47,572 nucleotides of DNA from an uncultured Ruminococcus sp. (GTDB lineage Bacteria; Bacillota; Clostridia; Oscillospirales; Acutalibacteraceae). Under the pieces are notes generated by a model. It was not told the origin of the DNA. It saw only the letters and a list, made by a program, of their open reading frames with translations, and searched no databases. Positions within the stretch are counted from its first letter, which is position 1. Each line of letters starts with the position of its first letter. The stretch spans positions 4,457 to 52,028 of the forward strand of contig CAZTWO010000001.1 of NCBI GenBank assembly GCA_964617965.1, in the 5' to 3' direction. The position numbers and the translations under genes were made by a program. Positions 1 to 9,080 of the stretch are shown piece by piece.

Positions 1-138
1 TCACAAAACATACAATAGATTCATAACAGATTTTCAAGACAATGTCAAGAGTTAACATACAGTTCATAATTGATTTTGATGATTTTCTGTGTATTGCACA
101 AATCTCGGGGGGGGATTTGGGGAAAGTGACGACAAAAA

Positions 139-449
139 TTAGCAATTAGCAATTTGCAATGTATGAGGGGTCGGGGACCGGGGACCGGGGGTCGGGGGTG
201 AGGAAGTCCTACGGACTTGATTTATATAGCTTCGCCTCTTGCGAAGCCTAACTGCTCCTTGCTGACTTTTTTGTCAACCGGCAATTAGCAATGAGCAATT
301 TGCACTCCGGGCAAATCAATGTAGAATGCACAACGTAGAATGTAGAATGCATAATGCAGAATGCATAATGTAGGAAGTCCTACGGACTTGATTTATAAGC
401 TTCGCCTCTTGCGAAGCCTAACTGCTCCTTGCTCCTTGCCCCTTGCTCC
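139..449 (+). repeat. Two tandem copies of the modular intergenic element. Copy 1 has an AGCAATT-type array (139-161), a GGGGACC-type array (167-199) and a core (202-263). Copy 2 has an AGCAATT-type array (281-304), a GTAGAAT/GCATAAT array (321-372) and a core with CTCCTTG tail (373-449).
   Basis: Direct reading. The core GGAAGTCC-TAC-GGACTTGATTTATA(T)AGCTTCGC-CTCTT-GCGAAGCCTAACTGCTCCTTGCT occurs twice, almost identical. It contains hairpins at 204-218 and 229-247 (copy 1) and 375-389 (copy 2). Confidence 0.9.
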
Positions 450-563
450 TTTTTTTCTGTCTGAATTTGATATTGAAAAAATAAGCAATCGGTGCTATTA
501 TATTACGGTATATATAAAAGCCGACAAAAAATTAATTGCAGGTCGGCAAACGGAGGTTTTTTA

Positions 564-1046
564 ATGAGTCTTTTTTATGTTCGTGACGGTGAGCCTTATA
601 TCCCCGATGAAATCGGCAGAGAGCTTGCGAAGCTCGCCCACGCGATTGTAAAAACCTGCCGCCTTTCTTTTAAGGTGCAGATGAAAACAACGGCAATCAA
701 CAACGCCATAAAGAGCGGCGACAAGGAGCAGATGCACAATATGCTCCAGAAGGTTCTTGAAAAGTACAGAAAGGTTTATTCCGATTATATGTCCCTCTCG
801 GGTGCCGAGATAGGCGAAGTCGACGACAGCTTTTTCGCAGATAAAGACAATGATTTCTATGTCGGTCAGCTCAGGATTCTGCTTGACCTTGCAAACATCA
901 ACTGCATTGCAGAGTCCCGCATGATGCCCCTGCTCAGTGCCGCATGTGAAAAGACACTTGACAAGAAGTTAAATCAGCTGTATTTCTTCTCGAACCAGGG
1001 TGAAATAAGAGAAGACGATTCCGACACAGACAGCGACGAAGAATAA
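564..1046 (+). CDS. Hypothetical protein (160 aa) with an acidic Asp/Ser/Glu C-terminal tail
   Basis: ORF track 492..1046. The internal ATG at 564 is preceded by GGAGG (553-557). The gene lies 30 nt upstream of alaS on the same strand. No family recognised. Confidence 0.6.
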   Translation: MSLFYVRDGEPYIPDEIGRELAKLAHAIVKTCRLSFKVQMKTTAINNAIKSGDKEQMHNMLQKVLEKYRKVYSDYMSLSGAEIGEVDDSFFADKDNDFYVGQLRILLDLANINCIAESRMMPLLSAACEKTLDKKLNQLYFFSNQGEIREDDSDTDSDEE

Positions 1047-1076
1047 TCAAGACAACACGAAAGAAGATGATATAAC

Positions 1077-3710
1077 ATGGAATGGACGGGACTTAACGAG
1101 CTTCGTGAAAAGTACCTCAGATTTTTTGAGAGCAAAGGACATCTGCGTCTTGACAGCTTTTCGCTTGTTCCGCAGGGCGACAAAAGCCTTCTGCTCATAA
1201 ACGCCGGCATGGCGCCCATGAAAAAATATTTTACCGGTGAAGTCACTCCCCCTTCAAAGAGAGTTACCACCTGTCAGAAGTGCATTCGTACTCCCGATAT
1301 TGAAAGAGTCGGTCACACCGCGCGTCACGGCACATTTTTCGAGATGCTCGGCAACTTCTCATTCGGTGACTATTTTAAGCATGAGGCCACTGCGTGGGCA
1401 TGGGAATTCTGCACCAAAGAAATGCAGATGGACCCCGAAAAAATATATGTAAGCATTTATCTTGACGATGACGAGGCATATGACATCTGGACAAAGGAAG
1501 TCGGCGTAAAGCCCGATCATATGGTTCGTTTCGGCAAGGAAGACAACTTCTGGGAGCACGGTGCGGGTCCCTGCGGCCCTTGCTCGGAGCTTTATTATGA
1601 CAGAGGTCCGGAGCACGGCTGCGGCAAACCCGACTGCAAGGTCGGCTGTGACTGCGACAGATATGTTGAGTTCTGGAACCTTGTTTTCACTCAGTTTGAA
1701 AATGACGGCAACGGCAATTACACACGCTTAAAGCACCCCAACATCGACACCGGTATGGGGCTTGAGAGACTTGCGTGCATTTCTCAGGGGGTTGACAATC
1801 TTTTTGAGGTTGACACGGTTCGCAACATTATGAAGCGTGTTATGGAAATCGCCGGCGTAAAATATCACGAGGACGAGAAAAAGGATATTTCTCTTCGTGT
1901 TATTACCGACCATATCCGTTCAACAGCAATGATGATTTCAGACGGCGTTATGCCCTCAAACGAAGGCAGAGGCTATGTTTTAAGACGACTTTTAAGACGT
2001 GCCGCACGTCACGGCAGACTTTTAGGGATTGACAAGCCCTTCCTTGCAGACCTTTGCGAAACGGTTATAACCGAGAGCGGAAAGGCATACCCGGCACTTG
2101 TCGAAAAGCATGACTATATTGTTAAAATTATATCCGTAGAAGAGGACAGCTTCAACCGCACACTCGATTCGGGACTTAAGCTTCTTGAAGAAATGATCGA
2201 AAAGAGTGAAGGCAAGACGCTTTCGGGTGCGGATGCGTTCAAGCTTTCCGACACATTCGGATTCCCCATTGATCTTACAAAAGAAATTCTCGAAGAAAAG
2301 GGCATGGATGTCGACGAGGACGAGTTTAATGCACTTGTCAAAAAGCAGAAGGACACCGCAAGAAGCGCAAGAAAAGACGCGGGTGCGGACGCATGGAAAG
2401 ACACCGGCGCAACGCTCAAGGGAATTCCGGCTACCGTGTTTACGGGGTACGAGACAACAACCGACAGCGGAAAGGTTCTCGCTATCCTGAACGGCAAGGG
2501 TGAAAAGATTGACAGTGCGGATGCAGATACCGAGGCGACACTTATTCTTGACAAGACCTGTTTTTATGCTGAGAGCGGCGGACAGACGGGTGACAGAGGC
2601 AAGATAAAGGGCAACGGCTTTGTGTTTAAGGTAACCGACACCACCAAAAATTCAAACGGACTGTTCTTCCACAAAGGCAATGTTATTGACGGTGCTGTGG
2701 CTGTAAATGATGAAGTCACGACAAATGTATGTCCTCACTGCAGAGCGGCAACGGCTCGCAACCATACGTCGGCTCACCTTTTGCAGGCGGCACTCAGAAA
2801 GACATTCGGCAGTCATATTGAACAGGCGGGCCAGCTTGTAAACCGTGATGTCATGCGTTTTGACTTTACACATTTCGAGGCTCTTACAAGCGAGCAGATA
2901 GCAGAGATTGAACATAATGTAAATGAAGTAATTCTGTCCGCAGTTGATGTTGTTACAGAAGAAAAAACTCTTGCGGAAGCTAAAGCGATGGGCGCTATGG
3001 CTCTGTTCGGAGAAAAATACGGCGACAAGGTTCGTGTCGTAAACATCGGCGGCTATTCGCTGGAACTTTGCGGCGGCACACACGTAAAGAACACGGGCGA
3101 AATAGGAATGTTCAAGATAATTTCCGAGTCGTCGGTTGCATCGGGTGTCAGAAGAATTGAAGCCGTAACGGGACTTAACGCTCTTAAGTACGTAAATTCG
3201 GTATGCGAAAACGCACTTAAGGCGGCATCGGTTCTTAAATGCGGCACGGTTGAAGCACTGCCCGACAAGGCGGCTGCAATTCAGACCGAGCTTAAGACAG
3301 CCGAAAAAGAGATTGAAAAGCTCAAGGGTGAAATCGCATCCGCAAAAGCCGGTGATCTGTTTAAGACAGTCGGCGAAATCAACGGTATAGCGATAAAGAC
3401 TGCCGACATGGGCGAAGCGGACGCAAACGCGCTCAGAACAATGCTCGACAGCGCAAAGGATGACGACAGCGTTGTTATGGTAGCCGGCAAAAATTCCGAA
3501 AAAGGCACCTGCTCGTTTGCGTGTGCATGCGGCAAAAACGCAGTCGCGAAGGGTGCTCACGCAGGCAACATAGTTCGTGAAACCGCAAAAATAGCAGGCG
3601 GCGCAGGCGGCGGCAAGCCCGACAGCGCTATGGCAGGCGGCAAGGATATTACAAAAATAGGCGAAGCTCTTGAAGCAGTCAAGGGCATTGCGGAGAAGTT
3701 TATAAAATAA
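1077..3710 (+). CDS. alaS: Alanine--tRNA ligase
   Basis: 877-aa ORF with the typical AlaRS N-terminus (LRFFESKGH, FTNAGM-like INAGMAPMKKYF, FEMLGNFSFGDYFK), the editing-domain HTSAHLL motif and a C-terminal DHHA1-like region. Confidence 0.97.
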   Translation: MEWTGLNELREKYLRFFESKGHLRLDSFSLVPQGDKSLLLINAGMAPMKKYFTGEVTPPSKRVTTCQKCIRTPDIERVGHTARHGTFFEMLGNFSFGDYFKHEATAWAWEFCTKEMQMDPEKIYVSIYLDDDEAYDIWTKEVGVKPDHMVRFGKEDNFWEHGAGPCGPCSELYYDRGPEHGCGKPDCKVGCDCDRYVEFWNLVFTQFENDGNGNYTRLKHPNIDTGMGLERLACISQGVDNLFEVDTVRNIMKRVMEIAGVKYHEDEKKDISLRVITDHIRSTAMMISDGVMPSNEGRGYVLRRLLRRAARHGRLLGIDKPFLADLCETVITESGKAYPALVEKHDYIVKIISVEEDSFNRTLDSGLKLLEEMIEKSEGKTLSGADAFKLSDTFGFPIDLTKEILEEKGMDVDEDEFNALVKKQKDTARSARKDAGADAWKDTGATLKGIPATVFTGYETTTDSGKVLAILNGKGEKIDSADADTEATLILDKTCFYAESGGQTGDRGKIKGNGFVFKVTDTTKNSNGLFFHKGNVIDGAVAVNDEVTTNVCPHCRAATARNHTSAHLLQAALRKTFGSHIEQAGQLVNRDVMRFDFTHFEALTSEQIAEIEHNVNEVILSAVDVVTEEKTLAEAKAMGAMALFGEKYGDKVRVVNIGGYSLELCGGTHVKNTGEIGMFKIISESSVASGVRRIEAVTGLNALKYVNSVCENALKAASVLKCGTVEALPDKAAAIQTELKTAEKEIEKLKGEIASAKAGDLFKTVGEINGIAIKTADMGEADANALRTMLDSAKDDDSVVMVAGKNSEKGTCSFACACGKNAVAKGAHAGNIVRETAKIAGGAGGGKPDSAMAGGKDITKIGEALEAVKGIAEKFIK

Positions 3711-3714
3711 AGTG

Positions 3715-4018
3715 AGCAAGGAGCAAGGAGCAGTTGGCTTCGCATAAGACAAACAAGCTGAACAAGATGCATTGTTCATTGCTAATTGCAGATTGGCAAA
3801 AAAAGTGAGTAAAGAGCAAGGAGCAGTTGGCTTCGCAATGTTGTTTTACATAACAATTCAGTTTTGCAAAAGGCGAAGCAATATAATTCAAGGCACGCTG
3901 TGCCTTCCGACATTATGCATTATGCATTCTACATTATGCATTCTTCATTGATTGGTCTGAGTTGAAATTGTTAATTGCTAATCAACATTGCTCATTGCTC
4001 ATTGCTAATTGCTAATTG
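3715..4018 (-). repeat. Modular intergenic element in reverse orientation, one partial copy and one complete copy. Contains AGCAAGG arrays (3715-3735, 3815-3827), a reverse core (3815-3908), an ATTATGC/ATTCTAC array (3912-3950) and an ATTGCTA/ATTGCTC array (3967-4018).
   Basis: Direct reading. Hairpin AAGGCAC-GCT-GTGCCTT at 3890-3906. The GCTTCGC(3830-3836)/GCGAAGC(3873-3879) stem encloses a 36-nt loop. The array starts 4 nt after the alaS stop codon. Confidence 0.9.
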
Positions 4019-4037
4019 AAAGAAAGGTGGCGAAATT

Positions 4038-4376
4038 ATGGATTGCGTATTCTGTGCGATTGCAAACGGAGAAATCCCCTCAACAAAGGTTTATGAGGAT
4101 GACACAATACTGGCGTTTAAGGATCTTAACCCTCAGGCACCCGTTCACATTCTCGTTGTACCCAAGGAGCATATCAAATGGGGATATGACATTACACCCG
4201 AAAACAGTGCTGTGGTTGCACACATTTTCGAGATGATTCCCGTTATCGCAAAAGAGCAGGGACTTACAAACGGATACAGAGTAATAAACAACTGCGGCGA
4301 AAGTGCCGGACAGTCCGTTCTGCACCTGCATTTCCACATCCTCGGCGGAAGAGATTTCGGCTGGCCTCCGGGCTAA
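4038..4376 (+). CDS. HIT-family (histidine triad) nucleotide-binding protein
   Basis: 112-aa ORF with the histidine-triad motif HLHFHILGG near the C-terminus and a CxxC at the N-terminus (CVFCAI). An AAGGTGG RBS lies upstream. Confidence 0.9.
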   Translation: MDCVFCAIANGEIPSTKVYEDDTILAFKDLNPQAPVHILVVPKEHIKWGYDITPENSAVVAHIFEMIPVIAKEQGLTNGYRVINNCGESAGQSVLHLHFHILGGRDFGWPPG

Positions 4377-4382
4377 GAAGGA

Positions 4383-4550
4383 ATGATATATCGCTGACGC
4401 GATATGATATATTGCTGACGCAATATGATATACTTGCTTCGCAAGCATGATATAATTTCCGTTCCGTCATATGCTGTTAGGCTTGTATCACCGCACGCAG
4501 TGCGATATCATATCGAAGATATATCACCCGTTCCGACAGGAACGGATATC
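4383..4550. repeat. Array of ATGATATA-type spacers alternating with short hairpins of differing sequence, located in the HIT 3' region
   Basis: Units ATGATATAT-CGCTGACGCG-AT (4383-4403), ATGATATAT-TGCTGACGCA-AT (4404-4424) and ATGATATAC-TTGCTTCGCAA-GC (4425-4446). Further hairpins CGCAC-GCA-GTGCG (4492-4504) and CGTTCC-GACA-GGAACG (4529-4544) are flanked by GATATCAT motifs. Confidence 0.8.
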
Positions 4551-4554
4551 ATTG

Positions 4555-4585
4555 AAAAAAGCGTTCCGTTAAGGAACGCTTTTTT
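4555..4585. terminator. Bidirectional rho-independent terminator between the HIT gene (+) and tRNA-Leu (-)
   Basis: A6 run, stem GCGTTCC (4561-4567), loop GTTAA, stem GGAACGC (4573-4579), then a T6 run. Confidence 0.75.
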
Positions 4586-4587
4586 CA

Positions 4588-4674
4588 TGGTGCCGGTGAC
4601 CGGGCTTGAACCGGTACGATATTGCTATCACGGGATTTTAAGTCCCGGGCGTCTGCCAATTCCGCCACACCGGC
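4588..4674 (-). tRNA. tRNA-Leu, anticodon UAA, type II with long variable arm, CCA encoded
   Basis: The reverse complement folds as a cloverleaf. Acceptor GCCGGTG/CACCGGC, anticodon stem CGGGA/TCCCG with loop CTTAAAA, variable arm GATA-GCAA-TATC, T-arm ACCGG-TTCAAGC-CCGGT, discriminator A plus CCA. Confidence 0.9.
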
Positions 4675-4742
4675 AAAATCAAACAACGGATAAAGTATAC
4701 ACTCTATCCGCTGTTTTGTCAAGAGCTAATTAACTGTGGGAA

Positions 4743-4925
4743 TTATTCCGACACGGCCTCAGTAGTTGTCTCTTCCTCGGTCTGGGATTCCATGTACTGA
4801 TTATACAGATCCTCAAGCACCGATCCGAAGAACGGGTTTGTGCCGATTTTAATTCCGATAATGCCGAGCTTAATAAACTTTACAAGTACCTTTACCGCTA
4901 AAACGATTGTGCTGACAGTAATCAT
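4743..4925 (-). CDS. Small hypothetical protein (60 aa) with an N-terminal hydrophobic helix and an acidic tail
   Basis: ORF track. ATG start with a GAGGAAGG-like RBS about 9 nt upstream. No family recognised, so it could be spurious. Confidence 0.4.
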   Translation of the reverse strand: MITVSTIVLAVKVLVKFIKLGIIGIKIGTNPFFGSVLEDLYNQYMESQTEEETTTEAVSE

Positions 4926-5010
4926 AAATAAACGCCTTCCTCAAATAAGTGTTATTAATTTTCCGTAAACAAATTATAAACTCTTTTTGAACTGTTGTCA
5001 AGCGATATTT

Positions 5011-7275
5011 TTAATAGCAGATTTCAAAGTGCTGTGCTTTATTCGCCGAAAAGTCAAGCACGAATTTGCCGTCAACAGGGTAAATGACTTCCCCGCTGTC
5101 GGTCTTAAGCGACTTTATACCGTTGTTCGCTTCAAGCCTGATTGTACGCTTTTTGGCGGGGCAGAGTGTAACGGAAAGCGCCTTGCCGTTCTTGAAATCA
5201 ACGGACACTTCTATATTTCCTCTTGCCTTAAGCTTTGTAAACGAACCGCTGAGTTCATTTGTGACAGCCGGAAGAAGCGTGATATAGTCCATATGGCTCT
5301 GTATAAGCATTTCCGCAATGCCTGCCGCACCGCCGAAGTTGCCGTCTATCTGGAACGGCGGATGCGTGTCGAACAGGTTGTCGATTGTGGACTTTGTAAA
5401 CAGAAGTCTTATGTGCTTCTTCACGTTCTCGCCGTCACCGAGACGGGAATAGAGATTTATAAGCCATGCGCGTGACCAGCCCGTGTGGCCGCCGCCGCTT
5501 GAAAGACGACGCTCCATTGTTGTTTTTATAGCGTTGAAAAGCTCCGGTGTCTCTTTGTTTATAAGGCAGTCGGGATAGAGTGCGAAAGCGTGAGAAATGT
5601 GTCTGTGACCGGGCTCGGCTTCGTCATAGTCTTCAAGCCACTCCGCAAGACGGCCGTATTTGCCGACTTTGAGCTTAGGCATTTTGTCAAGTGTCTGCTG
5701 TGCCTTTTCTTTAAGACGCTTGTCACGCTTAAGGACATCCTCGCATGCTATATAGTTGCGAAGAACCGCCGTTATAATCTCAACATCCATTGTGGGAGAG
5801 AAAGCGATATACTGTGTTTTTGTGTGGTTGGGAGTGTCGACAAAATAGTCAAGCTCGGGGCTCATTGAGGGGCCTGAACGAAGAGTGCCGTCATCGGCCT
5901 CAAACATATAGTCTATGAAGAACAGTGCGGATTCACGCATAAAGTTATAGGCAACATCGGACAGAAATTCCTTGTCTTCGGTAAAGAGCCAGTGCTCCCA
6001 CATATGTGTTGCAAGCCATGCGCCGCCGAGAGGCCACACGCCCCAGAGTCCGTCCGCAGGTGCGGTGTAGCCGTAGATGTCGGACAGGTGATGTGTAACG
6101 GTGCCGCGGCAGCCGTAATATTTCTCCGCTGTCTTTTTGCCCGACTCAAGAAGATTGTTGTTCATATAGTCAAACAGGGCAGAAGTGCATTCCGAAATAT
6201 TGGCAACCTCGGGCAGCCAGTAGTTCATCTGTATATTTATGTTTGTATGATAGTCGGCGTTCCATGCGTTTTCGAGTTTTTCTACCCATACGCCCTGAAG
6301 GTTTGCCGGCAGTGTTCCGTCACGGGATGACGATATCATAAGATATTTGCCAAAAGCAAAATAGAGAGCCGCAAGTCCGGGATCGTCTGCGTTATCATCC
6401 TCACGAAGGCGGCGAAGACGTTCGTCTGCGGGCATCGCTTCAATCTCATCGGTTGACTCGAAAACGATATCGGAAGCGTTTGCAAGCTCCGAAAAATCCT
6501 TTTTGTGCTGTTCAAACAGGTCTTCACGGTCGTCGGCTTCTTCAAGAATATCCGTGCAGACATCGGCAAAATTGTCACCTATGCTGTACTGTGTTGTAAC
6601 GGCAAATGTGATAAACGCCGATTTGCTGTCGGACACAAGGATTTTGTTGTCAATGTAGGACACCTTGCAGTCGCCCTGAATTTTTATGCCGACGGCAAAA
6701 TCATGCTCGCCGTTCTGAGTTGTCGCAAGAACACTCAGAGTGTCGCCGTCAAAGGAGATTTTGCGGACATTCTCTCTTGTGTATTCAAGTGCAAAGGCAA
6801 TTTTTTCGGTTGAGTCAATACACAGAGCCGTAACTTCGGATGAGTAGGAGGAAAACGCCGTTTCGATGACCTCGCACTCCCTTTTTTTAAATGTAGCCGT
6901 ATAATAGCCTTCAACCAGATCAAGCTCACGCTTATAGTTTTCGACGGGTGTTTTGTCTGCAAAGGTGATTTTTACAAGGCCCGCATACTCGTTTGACTTT
7001 ACATGGAAAATGCCCTCGTTGAGATTGGCCTTTGCCCAGTCGTCAAACTCACGCACACCGTCCAGATACATACGGTGCATTTCCTGTATTTTTTCTTTGA
7101 AGTTAATGTTTTCGATATCCTGAACGCCGCCGTTCCAGATTGACTCCTCACTCAGATAGATTTTTTCTTCGTAGGGGTCGCCGAAAAGCATTGCGCCCAT
7201 GCTGCCGTTGCCGACGGGGAATGCAGTCTCCCACTTCTTTGCGGGAGTTAACAGAAACAGTTTGTGATTATTCAT
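5011..7275 (-). CDS. Glycoside hydrolase family 95 (alpha-L-fucosidase-like), no signal peptide
   Basis: 754-aa ORF. The N-terminal WETAFPVGNGSMGAMLFG motif and overall length/architecture are typical of GH95. ATG with a GAGGAA RBS. Confidence 0.88.
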   Translation of the reverse strand: MNNHKLFLLTPAKKWETAFPVGNGSMGAMLFGDPYEEKIYLSEESIWNGGVQDIENINFKEKIQEMHRMYLDGVREFDDWAKANLNEGIFHVKSNEYAGLVKITFADKTPVENYKRELDLVEGYYTATFKKRECEVIETAFSSYSSEVTALCIDSTEKIAFALEYTRENVRKISFDGDTLSVLATTQNGEHDFAVGIKIQGDCKVSYIDNKILVSDSKSAFITFAVTTQYSIGDNFADVCTDILEEADDREDLFEQHKKDFSELANASDIVFESTDEIEAMPADERLRRLREDDNADDPGLAALYFAFGKYLMISSSRDGTLPANLQGVWVEKLENAWNADYHTNINIQMNYWLPEVANISECTSALFDYMNNNLLESGKKTAEKYYGCRGTVTHHLSDIYGYTAPADGLWGVWPLGGAWLATHMWEHWLFTEDKEFLSDVAYNFMRESALFFIDYMFEADDGTLRSGPSMSPELDYFVDTPNHTKTQYIAFSPTMDVEIITAVLRNYIACEDVLKRDKRLKEKAQQTLDKMPKLKVGKYGRLAEWLEDYDEAEPGHRHISHAFALYPDCLINKETPELFNAIKTTMERRLSSGGGHTGWSRAWLINLYSRLGDGENVKKHIRLLFTKSTIDNLFDTHPPFQIDGNFGGAAGIAEMLIQSHMDYITLLPAVTNELSGSFTKLKARGNIEVSVDFKNGKALSVTLCPAKKRTIRLEANNGIKSLKTDSGEVIYPVDGKFVLDFSANKAQHFEICY

Positions 7276-7290
7276 CGTTTTTCCTCTCTT

Positions 7291-8982
7291 TTAGTCTTCT
7301 TTTGCTTCGATGATATAGAGCTTTACGCTGTGCTTTGACACGGCTTCGCTTATTTCACCGAGCGATGTGAAATTGTAATCCTCCCATACATCATAGATAT
7401 TATATCTTTCGCATTTCGGGAGGGATACATATTCTTTCTGTGTCAGCTCGTCCGTGCTGAACGAGATAATCTGCGTGGAGTTGACTTTATTAAACAGACA
7501 TACCGCGATTTTGTTGTCTTTAAGCGGCTTTACAAGCACGTCGGCAACACCGTTTGTCTTTACACGGCGGCACTGAACGCCGAGCGGATCCTGATCGATT
7601 GAAATTGCGGCCTTGTTTGTAACGGTCTTGTATGTCTCGTTTGTATAGTCGGGTGTGCCGTCCTCTTTGACAAACTTGCGTATGTCGTTGCCGAGGATAA
7701 GCGGAGCACTCATCATGCACCAGAGTGAAAAATGCGCTCTGTTCTCATAATCGGTAAGATTTCCGTTGCCAACTTCGAGCATATCCGGGTCATTCCAGTT
7801 GCCGACACCGGCGGAAGCGTATCTGCGAACATTGCACTCATATATGCCGACAATTGACGCCCAGTTTGCCATGATATCGGGAGTTGTTCTCCACAGGTTG
7901 CCTGCGGTCATGCCCCAACGCCAGGGCTGATTGAATCCCCATTCGCAGATTGAGAAACAGATAGGCTTTTCGGGCTTGCCTGTTTTTTCGGCGACAAGAG
8001 CCGTTGCACGCTTAAGCTCCTTGCCCATCGCACGATACTGCTTTGCGGCGGAATCGAAACGAGACGCAACGGGGTTTGTTATTATGAGGCTGTTCTTGCC
8101 TTTTTTGAGGTGAACAAGACCGACAAACGCTCTGCCGTCCGCTGTGGGGCTTCTTGTGCCGGGAACATCAACGGTATAAACATCCGTGCCGTTAACGGTA
8201 ATTTCGGCATATTTACGCATAAGACCGTATTTGCGGATACCGAGAGTCAGGTTATAGTCGCCCTCTTCCGGAATTTCAACATCGCAGAATACAGCCGAGC
8301 CGCCTGCGAAATCGAGACCTCTTATAAATTCGTGCGGTTCGGGGAGCTTTTCATCGGTGATGATTTCGGCATTTCCGCGAAGCTCCGCCATGGCCGCCGG
8401 GACAAATATGCTGTCGTTTTCACCGGGTACGGCGAACATAAGCTTTGTAATTTCGGGTGCTGTTGTGGGAATTGCGACATTGTGGCAGAAATCATACTTA
8501 AAGTATTCAATTCCCCACTCGGCAAACGTCTCGGCATCAGTGCGTTCATGATAAAGAGTACCGGGCAGGTCCTCGCATGTGAGCGTGCCGTTTGAATTGT
8601 ATATACCGAGCTTAAGTCCCAAGTCATTAACCTTTTTGACAAGTGACGGAATACCCGATGGGAATGTCGCGGGGTCGGCACTGAGTCTGCCGTTTTCGTC
8701 ACGCACGCTTGCCATCCAGCAGTCGTCAATATTTACATACTGATAACCGAGCTCGGCAAGACCGCTTTTTTTCATCGCAACGGCAATTTCTTCTATAAGC
8801 TTTTCGTCAATATGATTGCGGAACAAGTTCCAGCTCGCCCAGCCCATAGGGGGTGTGAGTGCGACGCCGTTTGAAAATCTGTCGTGACCGTCAACGTGAA
8901 TGTTGTTTGCGGACATGACCTTTTTGGCAATGCACACAGGGCACAGATGAAGCTTTTTGAGTTCTTTTTTTATATCGGGCAT
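7291..8982 (-). CDS. Glycoside hydrolase family 27 alpha-galactosidase-like enzyme with a large internal insertion
   Basis: 563-aa ORF with GH27 motifs PPMGWASWN, YVNIDDCW, KYDFC and CEWG. GGAGG RBS 6 nt from the ATG. The gene lies 15 nt upstream of the GH95 gene on the same strand. Confidence 0.88.
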   Translation of the reverse strand: MPDIKKELKKLHLCPVCIAKKVMSANNIHVDGHDRFSNGVALTPPMGWASWNLFRNHIDEKLIEEIAVAMKKSGLAELGYQYVNIDDCWMASVRDENGRLSADPATFPSGIPSLVKKVNDLGLKLGIYNSNGTLTCEDLPGTLYHERTDAETFAEWGIEYFKYDFCHNVAIPTTAPEITKLMFAVPGENDSIFVPAAMAELRGNAEIITDEKLPEPHEFIRGLDFAGGSAVFCDVEIPEEGDYNLTLGIRKYGLMRKYAEITVNGTDVYTVDVPGTRSPTADGRAFVGLVHLKKGKNSLIITNPVASRFDSAAKQYRAMGKELKRATALVAEKTGKPEKPICFSICEWGFNQPWRWGMTAGNLWRTTPDIMANWASIVGIYECNVRRYASAGVGNWNDPDMLEVGNGNLTDYENRAHFSLWCMMSAPLILGNDIRKFVKEDGTPDYTNETYKTVTNKAAISIDQDPLGVQCRRVKTNGVADVLVKPLKDNKIAVCLFNKVNSTQIISFSTDELTQKEYVSLPKCERYNIYDVWEDYNFTSLGEISEAVSKHSVKLYIIEAKED

Positions 8983-9080
8983 AGTTAATCCTCCAATCCA
9001 TACTGATATAATACAATCATTTTAGTATAAAATCAATATAATAAATTTATTTTTTGTCGGGAATAAGAAGCAAGTGGCCG

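Noticed and set aside
216-247. Core sequence TTGATTTATATAGCT as an outward-facing promoter (TTGATT -35-like hexamer plus TATATA)
   Set aside because: The two hexamer-like motifs are adjacent rather than 17 nt apart, and no suitable -10 follows TTGATT at the correct spacing in the copies examined.
361-564. ORFs lying inside repeat elements (361..564, 3700..3891, 3557..3772, 4264..4470, 38995..39198, 39461..39661, 41708..41929)
   Set aside because: Their reading frames consist largely of heptamer arrays and core sequence that recur in non-coding contexts on both strands, and they have no RBS.
1047-1076. Expected T-box or other leader upstream of alaS (and of glyA at 13615-13666)
   Set aside because: Only 30 nt separate alaS from the upstream gene, and the glyA upstream region is occupied by the repeat element. 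No T-box consensus (GGGTGGTACCGCG) was seen in either.
2652-3779. 375-aa ORF on the minus strand, plus several 60-150-aa ORFs within 1237-3772
   Set aside because: Entirely antisense or out of frame to the unambiguous alaS gene. The composition is Cys/Phe/Ala-rich and low-complexity, typical of shadow ORFs.
4425-4733. 102-aa ORF on the plus strand
   Set aside because: It runs through the hairpin-repeat array, the bidirectional terminator and the complement of tRNA-Leu, so it is not coding.
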